From NCBI GenBank assembly GCA_963716205.1, contig OY970290.1, positions 452,911 to 516,910 of the forward strand: a DNA stretch of 64,000 nucleotides. The letters are read 5' to 3'. Made by a program: the position numbers and the translations under genes. This document shows, in pieces, positions 49,101-56,156 of the stretch (its first letter is position 1; every line of letters starts with the position of its first letter). This stretch comes from an uncultured bacterium (GTDB taxonomy: Bacteria; Patescibacteriota; Minisyncoccia; Phycocordibacterales; GWA1-40-21). The notes beneath the pieces are model-generated. The model was not told the origin of the DNA, did no database searches, and saw nothing but the letters and a program-made list of their open reading frames with translations.

Positions 49101-50498
49101 AAACGGAATGTATGCAAGCGATGTCGAGGCCGAGAGCGGAAGGTAGGTGGAGGCGGCTGTTGCCGTCGTCAGGTAATTGGTGATGGTTGAGGTTGAGACG
49201 TAGTTGGCGGCGGCCGATGTCGTTGAGAGATATCCAAGCAGCGTGTTGGCAAATGATGAAGTTGAGACGTAGTTGGTCAGTGATGAGGTGGTGGCCGTGA
49301 TGTAATTGGAAGGATTGGAGTTGAGGTAATACAAACTTGAGGATGCAAACGGAATGTATGCAAGCGATGTCGAGGCCGAGAGCGGAAGGTAGGTGGAGGC
49401 GGCTGTTGCCGTCGTCAGGTAATTGGTGATGGTTGAGGTTGAGACGTAGTTGGCGGCGGCCGATGTCGTTGAGAGATATCCAAGCAGCGTGTTGGCAAAT
49501 GATGAAGTTGAGACGTAGTTGGTCAGTGATGAGGTGGTGGCCGTGATGTAATTGGAAGGATTGGAGTTGAGGTAATACAAACTTGAGGATGCAAACGGAA
49601 TGTATGCAAGCGATGTCGAGGCCGAGAGCGGAAGGTAGGTGGAGGCGGCTGTTGCCGTCGTCAGGTAATTGGTGATGGTTGAGGTTGAGACGTAGTTGGC
49701 GGCGGCCGATGTCGTTGAGAGATATCCAAGCAGCGTGTTGGCAAATGATGAAGTTGAGACGTAGTTGGTCAGTGATGAGGTGGTGGCCGTGATGTAATTG
49801 GAAGGATTGGAGTTGAGGTAATACAAACTTGAGGATGCAAACGGAATGTATGCAAGCGATGTCGAGGCCGAGAGCGGAAGGTAGGTATTCAAAAGATTCT
49901 GCAAATCTGTTTGATTAGAAAGTGTTCCAGTAATTGCACCCCATGCAACAGTTGCACTTGAACTTGAAGCAAACGCCCAATCATAACCTGTAGGCGACGT
50001 CGATGATGCTTCCAAAAATTGTCCGGGGGTACCAGTTGCTATCGATGCAAGTGATCCTGTGTTCGTCCAATATGAAAGTCTTCCACTCGTTCCCCCACCA
50101 ATAAGAAATTGGGATGATGATGCAACAGGAATGTATGCAAGCGAAGTGGAAGCCGAGAGTGGTAGATATATTGCCGCCGCAGAAGTTGTAGAAAGGATAC
50201 TATTGATAAAATTATCGGAAATTTTCAAACCGGAAGATGATTTTGACAATGTTGAACCATCGAGAATCAGAGAAAAAGTTGAACTGGATAAATTGAGACC
50301 TTCACCATCGGTAGTATAAGGAACAACATCGCAATTCAAATCTGTTGGCAAACAATTTGGATTTAAGGTAGCTCCTGGAGCATAAAGATCGGCAAAAGTA
50401 GTATTCGAACAAAACAAACCCGACAAGAGAAAAAAGACAAATAAATTTATTTTTATAATAAAAAGAATATTCTTTTTTTTAGCAATAGCAACTCTCAT
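40161..50498 (-). CDS. giant secreted/surface repeat protein (3445 aa) with 80-aa tandem repeats, tail-fiber-like repeats, GH43-like beta-propeller and acidic Ser/Thr-rich C-terminal tail
   Basis: Signal peptide or TM at the N-terminus. About 16 identical 80-aa repeats (LPLSASTSLAYIPFASSSLYYLNSNPSNY...). Recurrent NGNVGIGTTTP-type motifs. A central domain (DPSIIYYNNVYWMSY...GSTYYLWYKEE) is typical of five-bladed beta-propeller glycoside hydrolases and lectins. Gly/Thr-rich beta-helix-like region. C-terminal ATSTATSTPD... tail. Confidence 0.75.
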   Translation of the reverse strand: MRVAIAKKKNILFIIKINLFVFFLLSGLFCSNTTFADLYAPGATLNPNCLPTDLNCDVVPYTTDGEGLNLSSSTFSLILDGSTLSKSSSGLKISDNFINSILSTTSAAAIYLPLSASTSLAYIPVASSSQFLIGGGTSGRLSYWTNTGSLASIATGTPGQFLEASSTSPTGYDWAFASSSSATVAWGAITGTLSNQTDLQNLLNTYLPLSASTSLAYIPFASSSLYYLNSNPSNYITATTSSLTNYVSTSSFANTLLGYLSTTSAAANYVSTSTITNYLTTATAASTYLPLSASTSLAYIPFASSSLYYLNSNPSNYITATTSSLTNYVSTSSFANTLLGYLSTTSAAANYVSTSTITNYLTTATAASTYLPLSASTSLAYIPFASSSLYYLNSNPSNYITATTSSLTNYVSTSSFANTLLGYLSTTSAAANYVSTSTITNYLTTATAASTYLPLSASTSLAYIPFASSSLYYLNSNPSNYITATTSSLTNYVSTSSFANTLLGYLSTTSAAANYVSTSTITNYLTTATAASTYLPLSASTSLAYIPFASSSLYYLNSNPSNYITATTSSLTNYVSTSSFANTLLGYLSTTSAAANYVSTSTITNYLTTATAASTYLPLSASTSLAYIPFASSSLYYLNSNPSNYITATTSSLTNYVSTSSFANTLLGYLSTTSAAANYVSTSTITNYLTTATAASTYLPLSASTSLAYIPFASSSLYYLNSNPSNYITATTSSLTNYVSTSSFANTLLGYLSTTSAAANYVSTSTITNYLTTATAASTYLPLSASTSLAYIPFASSSLYYLNSNPSNYITATTSSLTNYVSTSSFANTLLGYLSTTSAAANYVSTSTITNYLTTATAASTYLPLSASTSLAYIPFASSSLYYLNSNPSNYITATTSSLTNYVSTSSFANTLLGYLSTTSAAANYVSTSTITNYLTTATAASTYLPLSASTSLAYIPFASSSLYYLNSNPSNYITATTSSLTNYVSTSSFANTLLGYLSTTSAAANYVSTSTITNYLTTATAASTYLPLSASTSLAYIPFASSSLYYLNSNPSNYITATTSSLTNYVSTSSFANTLLGYLSTTSAAANYVSTSTITNYLTTATAASTYLPLSASTSLAYIPFASSSLYYLNSNPSNYITATTSSLTNYVSTSSFANTLLGYLSTTSAAANYVSTSTITNYLTTATAASTYLPLSASTSLAYIPFASSSLYYLNSNPSNYITATTSSLTNYVSTSSFANTLLGYLSTTSAAANYVSTSTITNYLTTATAASTYLPLSASTSLAYIPFASSSLYYLNSNPSNYITATTSSLTNYVSTSSFANTLLGYLSTTSAAANYVSTSTITNYLTTATAASTYLPLSASTSLAYIPFASSSLYYLNSNPSNYITATTSSLTNYVSTSSFANTLLGYLSTTSAAANYVSTSTITNYLTTATAASTYLPLSASTSLAYIPFASSSLYVPYSGATGGVNLNNKSLSNVSTLSVGSVTAPTGTVAFFNGNVGIGAPGNQVYSNGLLNFSANASTTLISSTRTDNTQQGTISSDGWGNFTFNNGIGIGYSLGNAGYGGELLASYAVGIGTTTPATALSVIGTSTTKGLNISNLSNAFLAVDPNGNVISTSTSQFLLSSASTSLAYVTSVGLSLPTGYTVTNSPVKNSGTLTASVAAGYTGPFTTAVGTSGTSFNISTTSSSLTINCPQASGSVSGCLASADWTTFNGKQNALSGTSGDLAYWSSGSGLGSIATGTNGYVLVASSTAIGGVAYVSTSSLGISGGTSSGGLGTTSPFTTGYISYATSSGTLTNSVLYEFPASSSIAIGTTTNWNVLGDGNVVPFAVIGSSSASVEMVLENSSNSPTSSADYIATANNGNDNSNYVDLGINNGYNADQTFTIATSDDAYVYASDNSLDIGTATSTNSQAALKFFTGGTLASDTRMIILSNGSVGIGTTTPDDAVDIQASSSLGNPLEIYGINGSSYFKVFSNGYIGIGSTTPSAELAIEATSTYAQTQPLLNIYSTTSPLLTVLTNGNVGVGTSTPNSEFSVAGLTSATTTIAYFGGNTNTLGDASVGNPAVAGQGVYILVGHNFSAQTMEIESSADGINFFDFEPNPPYIPPSGSFRDPSIIYYNNVYWMSYNNFPSYSGFGSNQWWGLASSSDLRNWSYVTNPSTTAATTTVYWTWAPSLFVDTDGTVHAYVSIAPDGSDNTFSVYEMHPTNAAMTTWSNPVYVIGANKIDPFMVKIGSTYYLWYKEETAPKYIEYATSSSPTGPFVTAESGNWAGWGANNYEAPALVQVSANDWRIYLDEYGNTSFIHYSDSYNNFASWTAPVPIQTPISQLDSVTVLRTQSVSAMRNVFSSNPADFLLATSSISYTALNGSLTSPFVSFNSTSTVGFNILPNGNVGIGTTTPVTALSVIGTSTTQNLNISKLSNAFLAVDPNGNVISTSTSQFLLSSASTSLAYVTSVGLSLPTGYTVTNSPVTNSGTLTASVAAGYTGPFTTAVGTSGTSFNISTTSSSLTINCPQASGSVSGCLASADWTTFNGKLTNPMTTVGDMIYENSTPAPARLAAGVTTGMVLMNTAAGTPSWSLLTNLPSTAGILPITNGGTGSSSQNFVDLTTTQSVNGAKTWNNLGTFVAGLTSTGAAVNLNVSSNFAANINTGSNNAAVNIANGSTGGNVIAIGNNVGATGITETVGTGNYLLQGAAGSTITIGTGITTGSITDGAALTSGTYTIGGTGQTGAITVGSSTGAETLNLGVGIGGINTVNIGTQGATGNIINIGTGAIAGTVTIGNITGATKVNINAGNGASTFAVTGTGTLTLGGVAATGVVTIYGGTSPTNLLFSNVTSGAIQIGSTSLTGNTTIYGGTGTGGITMTPNTNGTIVIGSTTGTGAITLGSSTGGQIINIGTGASGNNNQTINIGTTANGGTGVTAINIGVKNSSSGTTTVSIIAGGVGTTSVGVAVSLGTSTAARIKGVCVATLTGSQAPVSGTAYQLVTCSGAPTSDYAEMYPVEQSTDYGDVMVLGTTTVEQYGTDAEGNVSTDSPQEITELVQATTTYASNVIGVVSDNYGQFTSAGYNAMSGEDKIMPIALNGRIMVNVSSSSDPIQPGDYLTTSDDPGKAMKATKAGEVIGKALGNWSPNSGQSQVMVFVEQGYYSGESLSEFAGIEDVGNTETIGRQVLAKFLANQGTGPEATDTTSELLVDRLAAGIEIIAPSITTQGLTVDNISSLNDAITLESDTIFFGRPYFNNDTAGFAVIAKGQQSVDVTFTNPYLTDPIVSANITFDTSSNPAADTATVGDIFNNNIQYVIMKKSTAGFTIMLNKPAIDDTTFSWIALAVNNAKTFGYPSDYTLPAATSPAEAASSSAPDNSGTEIATSTATSTPDSETATTTPDDSSQATTTDIVSTATSTSDGTATSTASSTSDIQITTATTTPDDSSQATTTDSSATSSEGQ
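42901..43245 (-). repeat. intragenic near-identical duplication, copy A (about 345 bp)
   Basis: Identical to 45361..45705 except for one mismatch (GTC vs TTC at 43087/45547). Flanking sequence is homologous but diverged. Confidence 0.8.
45361..45705 (-). repeat. intragenic near-identical duplication, copy B
   Basis: See copy A. The two copies encode the duplicated protein segment ...INCPQASGSVSGCLASADWTTFNGK..., flanking the beta-propeller domain. Confidence 0.8.
46120..49888 (-). repeat. tandem array of about 16 copies of a 240-bp unit with essentially perfect nucleotide identity (in-frame, 80 aa each)
   Basis: The unit beginning CAAACGGAATGTATGCAAGCGATGTCGAGGCCGAGAGCGGAAGGTAGGTGGAGG recurs at an exact 240-nt period (for example 46149, 46389, 46629...). 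By eye the copies are identical and only the first and last are diverged. Confidence 0.85.
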
Positions 50499-50660
50499 TT
50501 CTTTGAAAGAAAATGCTCCATTTGCTATCTATTATATATCTATAATGGCTATTGCACAATGAATATAACTAAAAATGAAAATAAAAATGGAGAAAGACCG
50601 ATTGCTAAAAATAATCATAATTAAAGGCTTATTTTTATCTTTATACACTTTAAGATTAGA

Positions 50661-51914
50661 TCATTTTTTAAATCCTTTAAACTCTTTTTCGACATCATGT
50701 TCTATCACCTGCAAATACGTTTCGAGCTTGTTAAGAAGTTCTGTTTCTTGATCAGTAAGTTCACGCTCATTCTTTGTTTTTTGTAAAAAATCAATACGAT
50801 CATTTATTTCTTTTCGTATATAATCAAAATCCTTGTATAAAGTGGATTCAGCCTCAAAAACCTTTTTTGATATCTTTTTCTCCAGACGGGAAAAGCGGTA
50901 CAGGAGGTACCAGATGAGGATAAGAATGAGGAGAACAATGAGGATAAATGTACTGTTGTAAGTGAAATAAGTAAGTAGGAGTGTTTCGATCCTTGCAAAA
51001 CCTTGCTCTGTCACTGTGAGGAAAAGAGGCGAAGTCAAAGGACTTTTCATTCCAAAGCTTTCTACTTCTCCATAAAGTTTGTATGTTCCGTATGTGAGCT
51101 TCTCCGGCCAGACCATCGAGAAGGTGCCTGATGGATTCACCGTGACTTTCTCAGTTGACGTCGCTCCGTTTTCATTGACCAGGAAAAGATCTGCGGTAAA
51201 TGTTGTTGTAGAAGTTGTACTTGAAGCGATAAGTGAGGAGGTCGCCAGTGCTCCATCCACCTCAAAGGTGTTACCTTCCGTTACCTGTGCCGGAAAGAGG
51301 GTGATATGCAAAGATGGGAATAGCATTTCCTCGGCTATTGTTGAAGTACTCGTAATAATGATTGAAACTCCACTCGGGATGACCGGAACGTATGTTTGTT
51401 TGACCTCAAGCAGATTGAATGATGCCGGCGTACTGCCTGTAAATACATTCGTTCCGTATCCATCATTGGCGCGGACAACTGCCGAAGAGAAAATGACTGA
51501 TGCGATGCCGGCTTTTTTAACTTGAAAAACAATGCTCAGAATTTTGCCCGCAGTGCCGGTAAAGCCGGGGGTTGGCACTCCGCCGTCAAACGATACGGTG
51601 CCGGCACTATTGGAAAAGGAAGGATCCTCAACCCAGAGAGAAAATATAGAATCCGATTTGCTGACTGACATGACTTCCAAGAGATTACTGGGAAAACTAA
51701 CAGTGACTTCGGCATCGTTAATTGCCGTTGATTGAGAATCAACGAGAACATTAAGGGTAAATATGTTTCCTGTGGTGAAATATCCTGAAGAAGGATTGAA
51801 AGACAGGGTTGCTGCATGAATCTGATCTACAATAAAAAAATTAAGCAGAATGAGAACGCCGAAAAATATATACTTGCAGATAGCCTTTTTTTTATTTACA
51901 TATTCCATGTTCAA
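50661..51914 (-). CDS. membrane-anchored cohesin-like domain protein (signal peptide, cohesin-like module, Ig-like region, TM, cytoplasmic coiled-coil tail)
   Basis: N-terminal module ATLSFNPSSG...NVLVDSQ...AEVTVSFPSNLLEVMSV...FSLWVEDPSFSNSAGTVSFDGGVPTPGFTGTAGKI... is shared by five proteins in the locus and resembles cohesin type I topology. C-terminal TM plus a Lys/Glu-rich tail. Confidence 0.55.
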   Translation of the reverse strand: MNMEYVNKKKAICKYIFFGVLILLNFFIVDQIHAATLSFNPSSGYFTTGNIFTLNVLVDSQSTAINDAEVTVSFPSNLLEVMSVSKSDSIFSLWVEDPSFSNSAGTVSFDGGVPTPGFTGTAGKILSIVFQVKKAGIASVIFSSAVVRANDGYGTNVFTGSTPASFNLLEVKQTYVPVIPSGVSIIITSTSTIAEEMLFPSLHITLFPAQVTEGNTFEVDGALATSSLIASSTTSTTTFTADLFLVNENGATSTEKVTVNPSGTFSMVWPEKLTYGTYKLYGEVESFGMKSPLTSPLFLTVTEQGFARIETLLLTYFTYNSTFILIVLLILILIWYLLYRFSRLEKKISKKVFEAESTLYKDFDYIRKEINDRIDFLQKTKNERELTDQETELLNKLETYLQVIEHDVEKEFKGFKK

Positions 51915-52525
51915 TTGATTTTTTGCTTTTTTCTTAATCTGATGGCTATTATAATAAGAACAGTGCTGATAAACAATAATATAACTATGCCGGCAATAAC
52001 TAAAAATCTATTGATTGGTTTTTTTATAACGGATATGGATGTTGGTTCAAGCCACGGATTGACGCGTGTTCCCAAGCCATCGTTGAGAAAAACAGAAGAA
52101 GTGTCCAGAAAATCAATTTTTGTTGTGCCAGATTTTTTTGCAATAAAATAAATTCTGAATACTTCCCCATTTTGGCCGAGAAAACCTCCCGGTATGCCGC
52201 CGACAAAAGTTATCTGCCCGGTATTATTATGAAAAAGTGGCGCAACCGGCCAGAGTGTGAAGATTGATGTAGCGGTGTTAATGCTTTGAACTTGAAGTGC
52301 ATTTTTATCAAATACGACTGTTCCATCAATCGTATTCATTGATGTATCCGTGGAAGAAATTTTCAAATCAACAACAAAAGTACTTCCATTATATACTTGT
52401 TGGCTACCTGAACTCAAAGTGAGTGTTGCAGCTGCCCGAGCAGAGGAAGGTATGAATAAAAATTGAGTTGCAATCAATGTGATAGCGGTAATGAAAAATA
52501 TTTTTTTGTTGAAATTGAAAATCAT
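51911..52525 (-). CDS. membrane-anchored cohesin-like domain protein (short)
   Basis: 204 aa. Signal peptide, the same cohesin-like module (AATLTLSSG...VVDLKISS...FTLWPVAPLFHNNTGQITFVGGIPGGFLGQNGEV...) and a C-terminal TM anchor. Confidence 0.55.
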   Translation of the reverse strand: MIFNFNKKIFFITAITLIATQFLFIPSSARAAATLTLSSGSQQVYNGSTFVVDLKISSTDTSMNTIDGTVVFDKNALQVQSINTATSIFTLWPVAPLFHNNTGQITFVGGIPGGFLGQNGEVFRIYFIAKKSGTTKIDFLDTSSVFLNDGLGTRVNPWLEPTSISVIKKPINRFLVIAGIVILLFISTVLIIIAIRLRKKQKIN

Positions 52526-52537
52526 ATTGAAGTTATA

Positions 52538-53620
52538 TTATTGTGCGAGAACTGGATTATATCCGGGCGTCGTATGACCCCACTGCGAAAGCATGATAGA
52601 AAAAGAAATTGAATCAACTTCCCCATCTTTGACTATAGCGCTTATGTAAGGATTTTTATACGGCGGTTTCTCATGCCAATAATACAATAAAATGGAAAAA
52701 TCAACCGTATCAACAATGTGATCGTGATTCAGATCAGCACTATCATATACGGGGGAAGAGCTTATTGGCGATAAAAAACTGCCTCCTCCGCCTCCGCCAC
52801 CGCTCACGCTTCCTCCGCCGCCATTATTACTGCCTGATGCAGCTTGGGCAGTGAATGATTGCGTTGCAACAGATCTTCCTGTTCCATAATATGCAACGAG
52901 TTTGAAATAATAATTTCCTGGATTTGGAACGGTTGCAGTCAAAATGTCATTAAAACTCTGCCCCGGTGTCAGGAATTTTGCCGCGGTGGAATCAAAAATA
53001 TTTCCCGGATCGCCACATGACTGCGTTGGATCCGTCACCACGCACCATTCATATTGATATTCCGTGCCGACTGATCCTTCGTTGGTAATATTTATATTTG
53101 CAGTAATTGCCGGCACGACAAGATTCCCCATCGACTGAATTAAAACTTGCGGCGGAGATGGTCGAAGTGCACACTGAAGCCAATCTGTTTGCACATTACA
53201 ATTATCGCAGGAAAAATTAATTCTCCCCGCATTTGTTCCAGGAGTTCCCGCGATTCCTGTAAATGTTCCGCTTGCATTGATTATTGCGCCCGAAAAATTA
53301 ATCCACCCGAGATGCGATGACCACGCATATCCGCCGAGCTGTCCAAGACAATTATTCGTCACGCCGGTACTGCTTGCCGGAGAAAGATTGATCCAGCCAT
53401 ACGGACCGCTCCATGCATAGCCAGTGAGCGCAGTGTCAGTAACCTGCACATTACATCCTTGACAGCCAAAATTTATCCAGCCTAAATTTTCTCCCCATGC
53501 ATAGGTAGTATTTGAATTAATCGTGCCATCGGTTTCAGATGCAAAAGTGAATGACGAAAAAGAAAAAATAAAAAGTATAATTATCAAAGCAAGAAAAAAT
53601 TTCGTTTTATTTTTTATCAT
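52538..53620 (-). CDS. secreted repeat protein with C-terminal dockerin domain
   Basis: Signal peptide. Repeats YAWGENLGWINFG, YAWSGPYGWINLS and YAWSSHLGWINFSG. Gly-rich linker. Two dockerin-type Ca-binding segments (DLNHDHIVDTVDFSILLYYW and AIVKDGEVDSISFSIMLSQW). Confidence 0.65.
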   Translation of the reverse strand: MIKNKTKFFLALIIILFIFSFSSFTFASETDGTINSNTTYAWGENLGWINFGCQGCNVQVTDTALTGYAWSGPYGWINLSPASSTGVTNNCLGQLGGYAWSSHLGWINFSGAIINASGTFTGIAGTPGTNAGRINFSCDNCNVQTDWLQCALRPSPPQVLIQSMGNLVVPAITANINITNEGSVGTEYQYEWCVVTDPTQSCGDPGNIFDSTAAKFLTPGQSFNDILTATVPNPGNYYFKLVAYYGTGRSVATQSFTAQAASGSNNGGGGSVSGGGGGGGSFLSPISSSPVYDSADLNHDHIVDTVDFSILLYYWHEKPPYKNPYISAIVKDGEVDSISFSIMLSQWGHTTPGYNPVLAQ

Positions 53621-53707
53621 GAAAAATATGTAAAAATTAACTCGAATAGCAACTCTCGTTCAGCAATAACTCTTGCTTATTATATATCATAAAAACAATA
53701 ATGAATA

Positions 53708-53781
53708 TGGTGCGGGTGGCGAGAATCGAACTCGCGCCCGATGCTTGGGAAGCACCAGTTCTGCCACTAAACTACGCCCGC
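53708..53781 (-). tRNA. tRNA-Gly (anticodon CCC), CCA encoded
   Basis: The reverse complement has anticodon stem-loop GGTGC-TTCCCAA-GCATC, T-arm GCGAG-TTCGATT-CTCGC and 3' ACCA. One possible acceptor-stem mismatch in my reading. Confidence 0.7.
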
Positions 53782-53783
53782 AT

Positions 53784-54161
53784 TTATTTAAATATATTCA
53801 AAAATTTCTGCCACAGGCTCGTATTCGATGCAGGCTCGACCGCGGAAGAACCGCTTGTGCCGTCGATGACCATCACTACGGATTCATCCGGTTTTGCAAC
53901 ACTGAACTTGCTCCGTATTTCCTCTTCCTGACCGCTTTCGGTGGAGAGCTTGCTTATTTGAGAATTCAATATCGTCTCCCGAGATTGGAGATCATTGTAA
54001 TTGTTGAGAACCGACGCGTAATCTTCCGCGCTCATTTGCTCGGTAGTGTACATATGATATGTCGCACGAGCTAGAAAAAACACGCCGACGAGCAGCAAAA
54101 AAATTGTCAGTCTGGAATAAATAACCTTTCTGATTTTTCTTTTTTGTTGAAAATCAAGCAT
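53784..54161 (-). CDS. FtsB/DivIC-like septum formation initiator
   Basis: TM, coiled coil and C-terminal EEEIRSKFSVAKPDESVV, which matches the FtsB motif EERAR.ELSM.RPGETFY. Confidence 0.6.
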   Translation of the reverse strand: MLDFQQKRKIRKVIYSRLTIFLLLVGVFFLARATYHMYTTEQMSAEDYASVLNNYNDLQSRETILNSQISKLSTESGQEEEIRSKFSVAKPDESVVMVIDGTSGSSAVEPASNTSLWQKFLNIFK

Positions 54162-54316
54162 GTTTCGTGTATAGTTATATTATACAAGAAAACGAATAAT
54201 AACAATGCTCCTCTTTCATAAAAAAACGAAAAAGGTACTCAATGTCGTCATCATTGCCATGACAGTCATTATGATTCTCGGAATGGTATTGCTCTACACC
54301 CCGATCGGAAGATAAG

Positions 54317-56110
54317 CTATTCCGACTTCATCATATTCAAAAACACATCCTGGGTGATATTCACCTTCCCTTCCGCTTTCATGCGCTTTTTTCCTTTTTT
54401 TTGTTTCTCTCTCAATTTCATTTTTCTGGTAATGTCGCCGCCGTAGAGATAGCCGGTAACGTCTTTTTTCATGCCGGACATTGAACGCGAAGCAATGATT
54501 CTGCCCATGGCTTTTGCCTGAATCTTGTAATTAAACATCTGATGCGGAAGAATCTTTTGCAGTTTTTCAACTGCGTCTTCCGCTTCTTGCTCCACTCTCC
54601 TGCGGGCAACGATTTTTGCAAAAGCAACTACCGGCTCATCCGCAATCAAAATATCCATTTTGACAACATCAGCTTCCCGCATCGGCATTTTTTCATATGA
54701 TATGGAAGCATACCCCGAAGTAATACTTTTTAGTTCATTGAAAAAATTCCTCATGAGTTCCCGAAGCGGCATTTCGAGTGTCAGCGAAGTTCTCTCATCG
54801 CCGAAGCTTTCTGAATCTCCGATAACCGCCTCATGATCATAGAGTTTTTGCATAATGTTGCCCAAATAGTGCGACGGAGTAATAATTCTTACTCTGACCC
54901 ACGGCTCGTATATTTTTTCTACCAGATGATCCTCGGGAAAAAGCGACGGGGAGAAAATCATTTGCCTTTTGCCATTTTTAAATACCACTTCATAATTGAT
55001 GCTTGGGGTCGTAACGATCAGATTCAATGAAAATTCACGGCGAAGGCGCTCGACGATGATTTCCAAATGAAGCATGCCGAGAAATCCGCATCGATACCCG
55101 CGGCCGATCGTCCCTGAAGTTTCTTCCTCAAAGGTAAATGACGAATCGGAAAATTTCAGTTTGCCGAGCGCAAGCTTCAGTAAATCAAAATCATCCTGAC
55201 TCTCCGGATAAATGGAGGCCCAAACGACGGGCGACGGATTTGCGTATCCGACAAGGGGGGTGCGCTTATCGGCAACATGGGAAACTGTGTCTCCGACGCT
55301 CGCAATCGCGGCTTCTTTGATGCCGGTGACAATATAACCTATCTCTCCAGCTTGCAGAGTTTCTTTCGGAACTTCACTCGGGGAAAAAATACCGACTTCC
55401 GCAGCAGTAAATGTCCTGCCGGAAACTTTAAAAATAAGTGGGGTATTTTTGCGCACTTCTCCATCAAAAACCCGGACAAAAACTGTCACGCCGCTGTGAT
55501 TGGAATATTTGAAATCAAACACAAGAGACTGAAAAGATTTTTCATCGATATTTTTATGCTCCACTTTTGGCGGCGGCACTCGCTTGATGACTTCGTTCAA
55601 AAGATGTTCCACCCCCTCGCCTGTCTTGCCGGAAACTTCAATGATTTCCTTTTCATCTATTTTCAAAAGAATTGCGATTTCTTCTTTTACTTCTTTGGTT
55701 CTCGCAAGCGGAGAATCTATTTTGCTGACAACGGGAATAATGACGAGATTTGATTCCTGCGCCATCCGAAGGGTGGTCAGCGTCTGCGCCTGCACGCCCT
55801 GCGTCGCATCGACAAGTAAAATAGAACCCTCCACAGCTTTCAGTGCCCGAGAAACTTCATACGAAAAATCAATGTGACCGGGCGTATCAATAAGATTCAT
55901 GACGTATTCCTCGCCGTCAAAAATCCATTTCATTCTGACCGGCTGCATTTTGATGGTGATTCCCCTTTCTCGCTCAAGCTCCATGGAGTCGAGTACCTGT
56001 GCCATCATTTTGCGCGCTTCTATGGTATGAGTGATCTCAAGCATGCGATCTGCAAGCGTGGATTTGCCATGATCAATATGGGCAATGATGCTGAAATTCC
56101 TGATATTCAT
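54317..56110 (-). CDS. lepA: elongation factor 4 (LepA)
   Basis: IRNFSIIAHIDHGKSTLADR G1 motif, DTPGHIDF, and the LepA-specific C-terminal domain. 597 aa. Confidence 0.95.
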   Translation of the reverse strand: MNIRNFSIIAHIDHGKSTLADRMLEITHTIEARKMMAQVLDSMELERERGITIKMQPVRMKWIFDGEEYVMNLIDTPGHIDFSYEVSRALKAVEGSILLVDATQGVQAQTLTTLRMAQESNLVIIPVVSKIDSPLARTKEVKEEIAILLKIDEKEIIEVSGKTGEGVEHLLNEVIKRVPPPKVEHKNIDEKSFQSLVFDFKYSNHSGVTVFVRVFDGEVRKNTPLIFKVSGRTFTAAEVGIFSPSEVPKETLQAGEIGYIVTGIKEAAIASVGDTVSHVADKRTPLVGYANPSPVVWASIYPESQDDFDLLKLALGKLKFSDSSFTFEEETSGTIGRGYRCGFLGMLHLEIIVERLRREFSLNLIVTTPSINYEVVFKNGKRQMIFSPSLFPEDHLVEKIYEPWVRVRIITPSHYLGNIMQKLYDHEAVIGDSESFGDERTSLTLEMPLRELMRNFFNELKSITSGYASISYEKMPMREADVVKMDILIADEPVVAFAKIVARRRVEQEAEDAVEKLQKILPHQMFNYKIQAKAMGRIIASRSMSGMKKDVTGYLYGGDITRKMKLREKQKKGKKRMKAEGKVNITQDVFLNMMKSE

Positions 56111-56156
56111 ACCGCCTCATAGTAGCAGAAAAACGGGAAAAATAAATGGCGGAAAA

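Noticed and set aside
46120-49888. Possible CRISPR array suggested by the regular identical repeats
   Set aside because: The repeats are 240 bp, directly abutting with no spacers, and in-frame within a long ORF. This is a protein tandem-repeat array, not CRISPR.
53673-54074. ORFs 53673..54074 (+) and 53701..53931 (+)
   Set aside because: They overlap tRNA-Gly and run antisense to the FtsB-like gene, which has a recognisable C-terminal motif.
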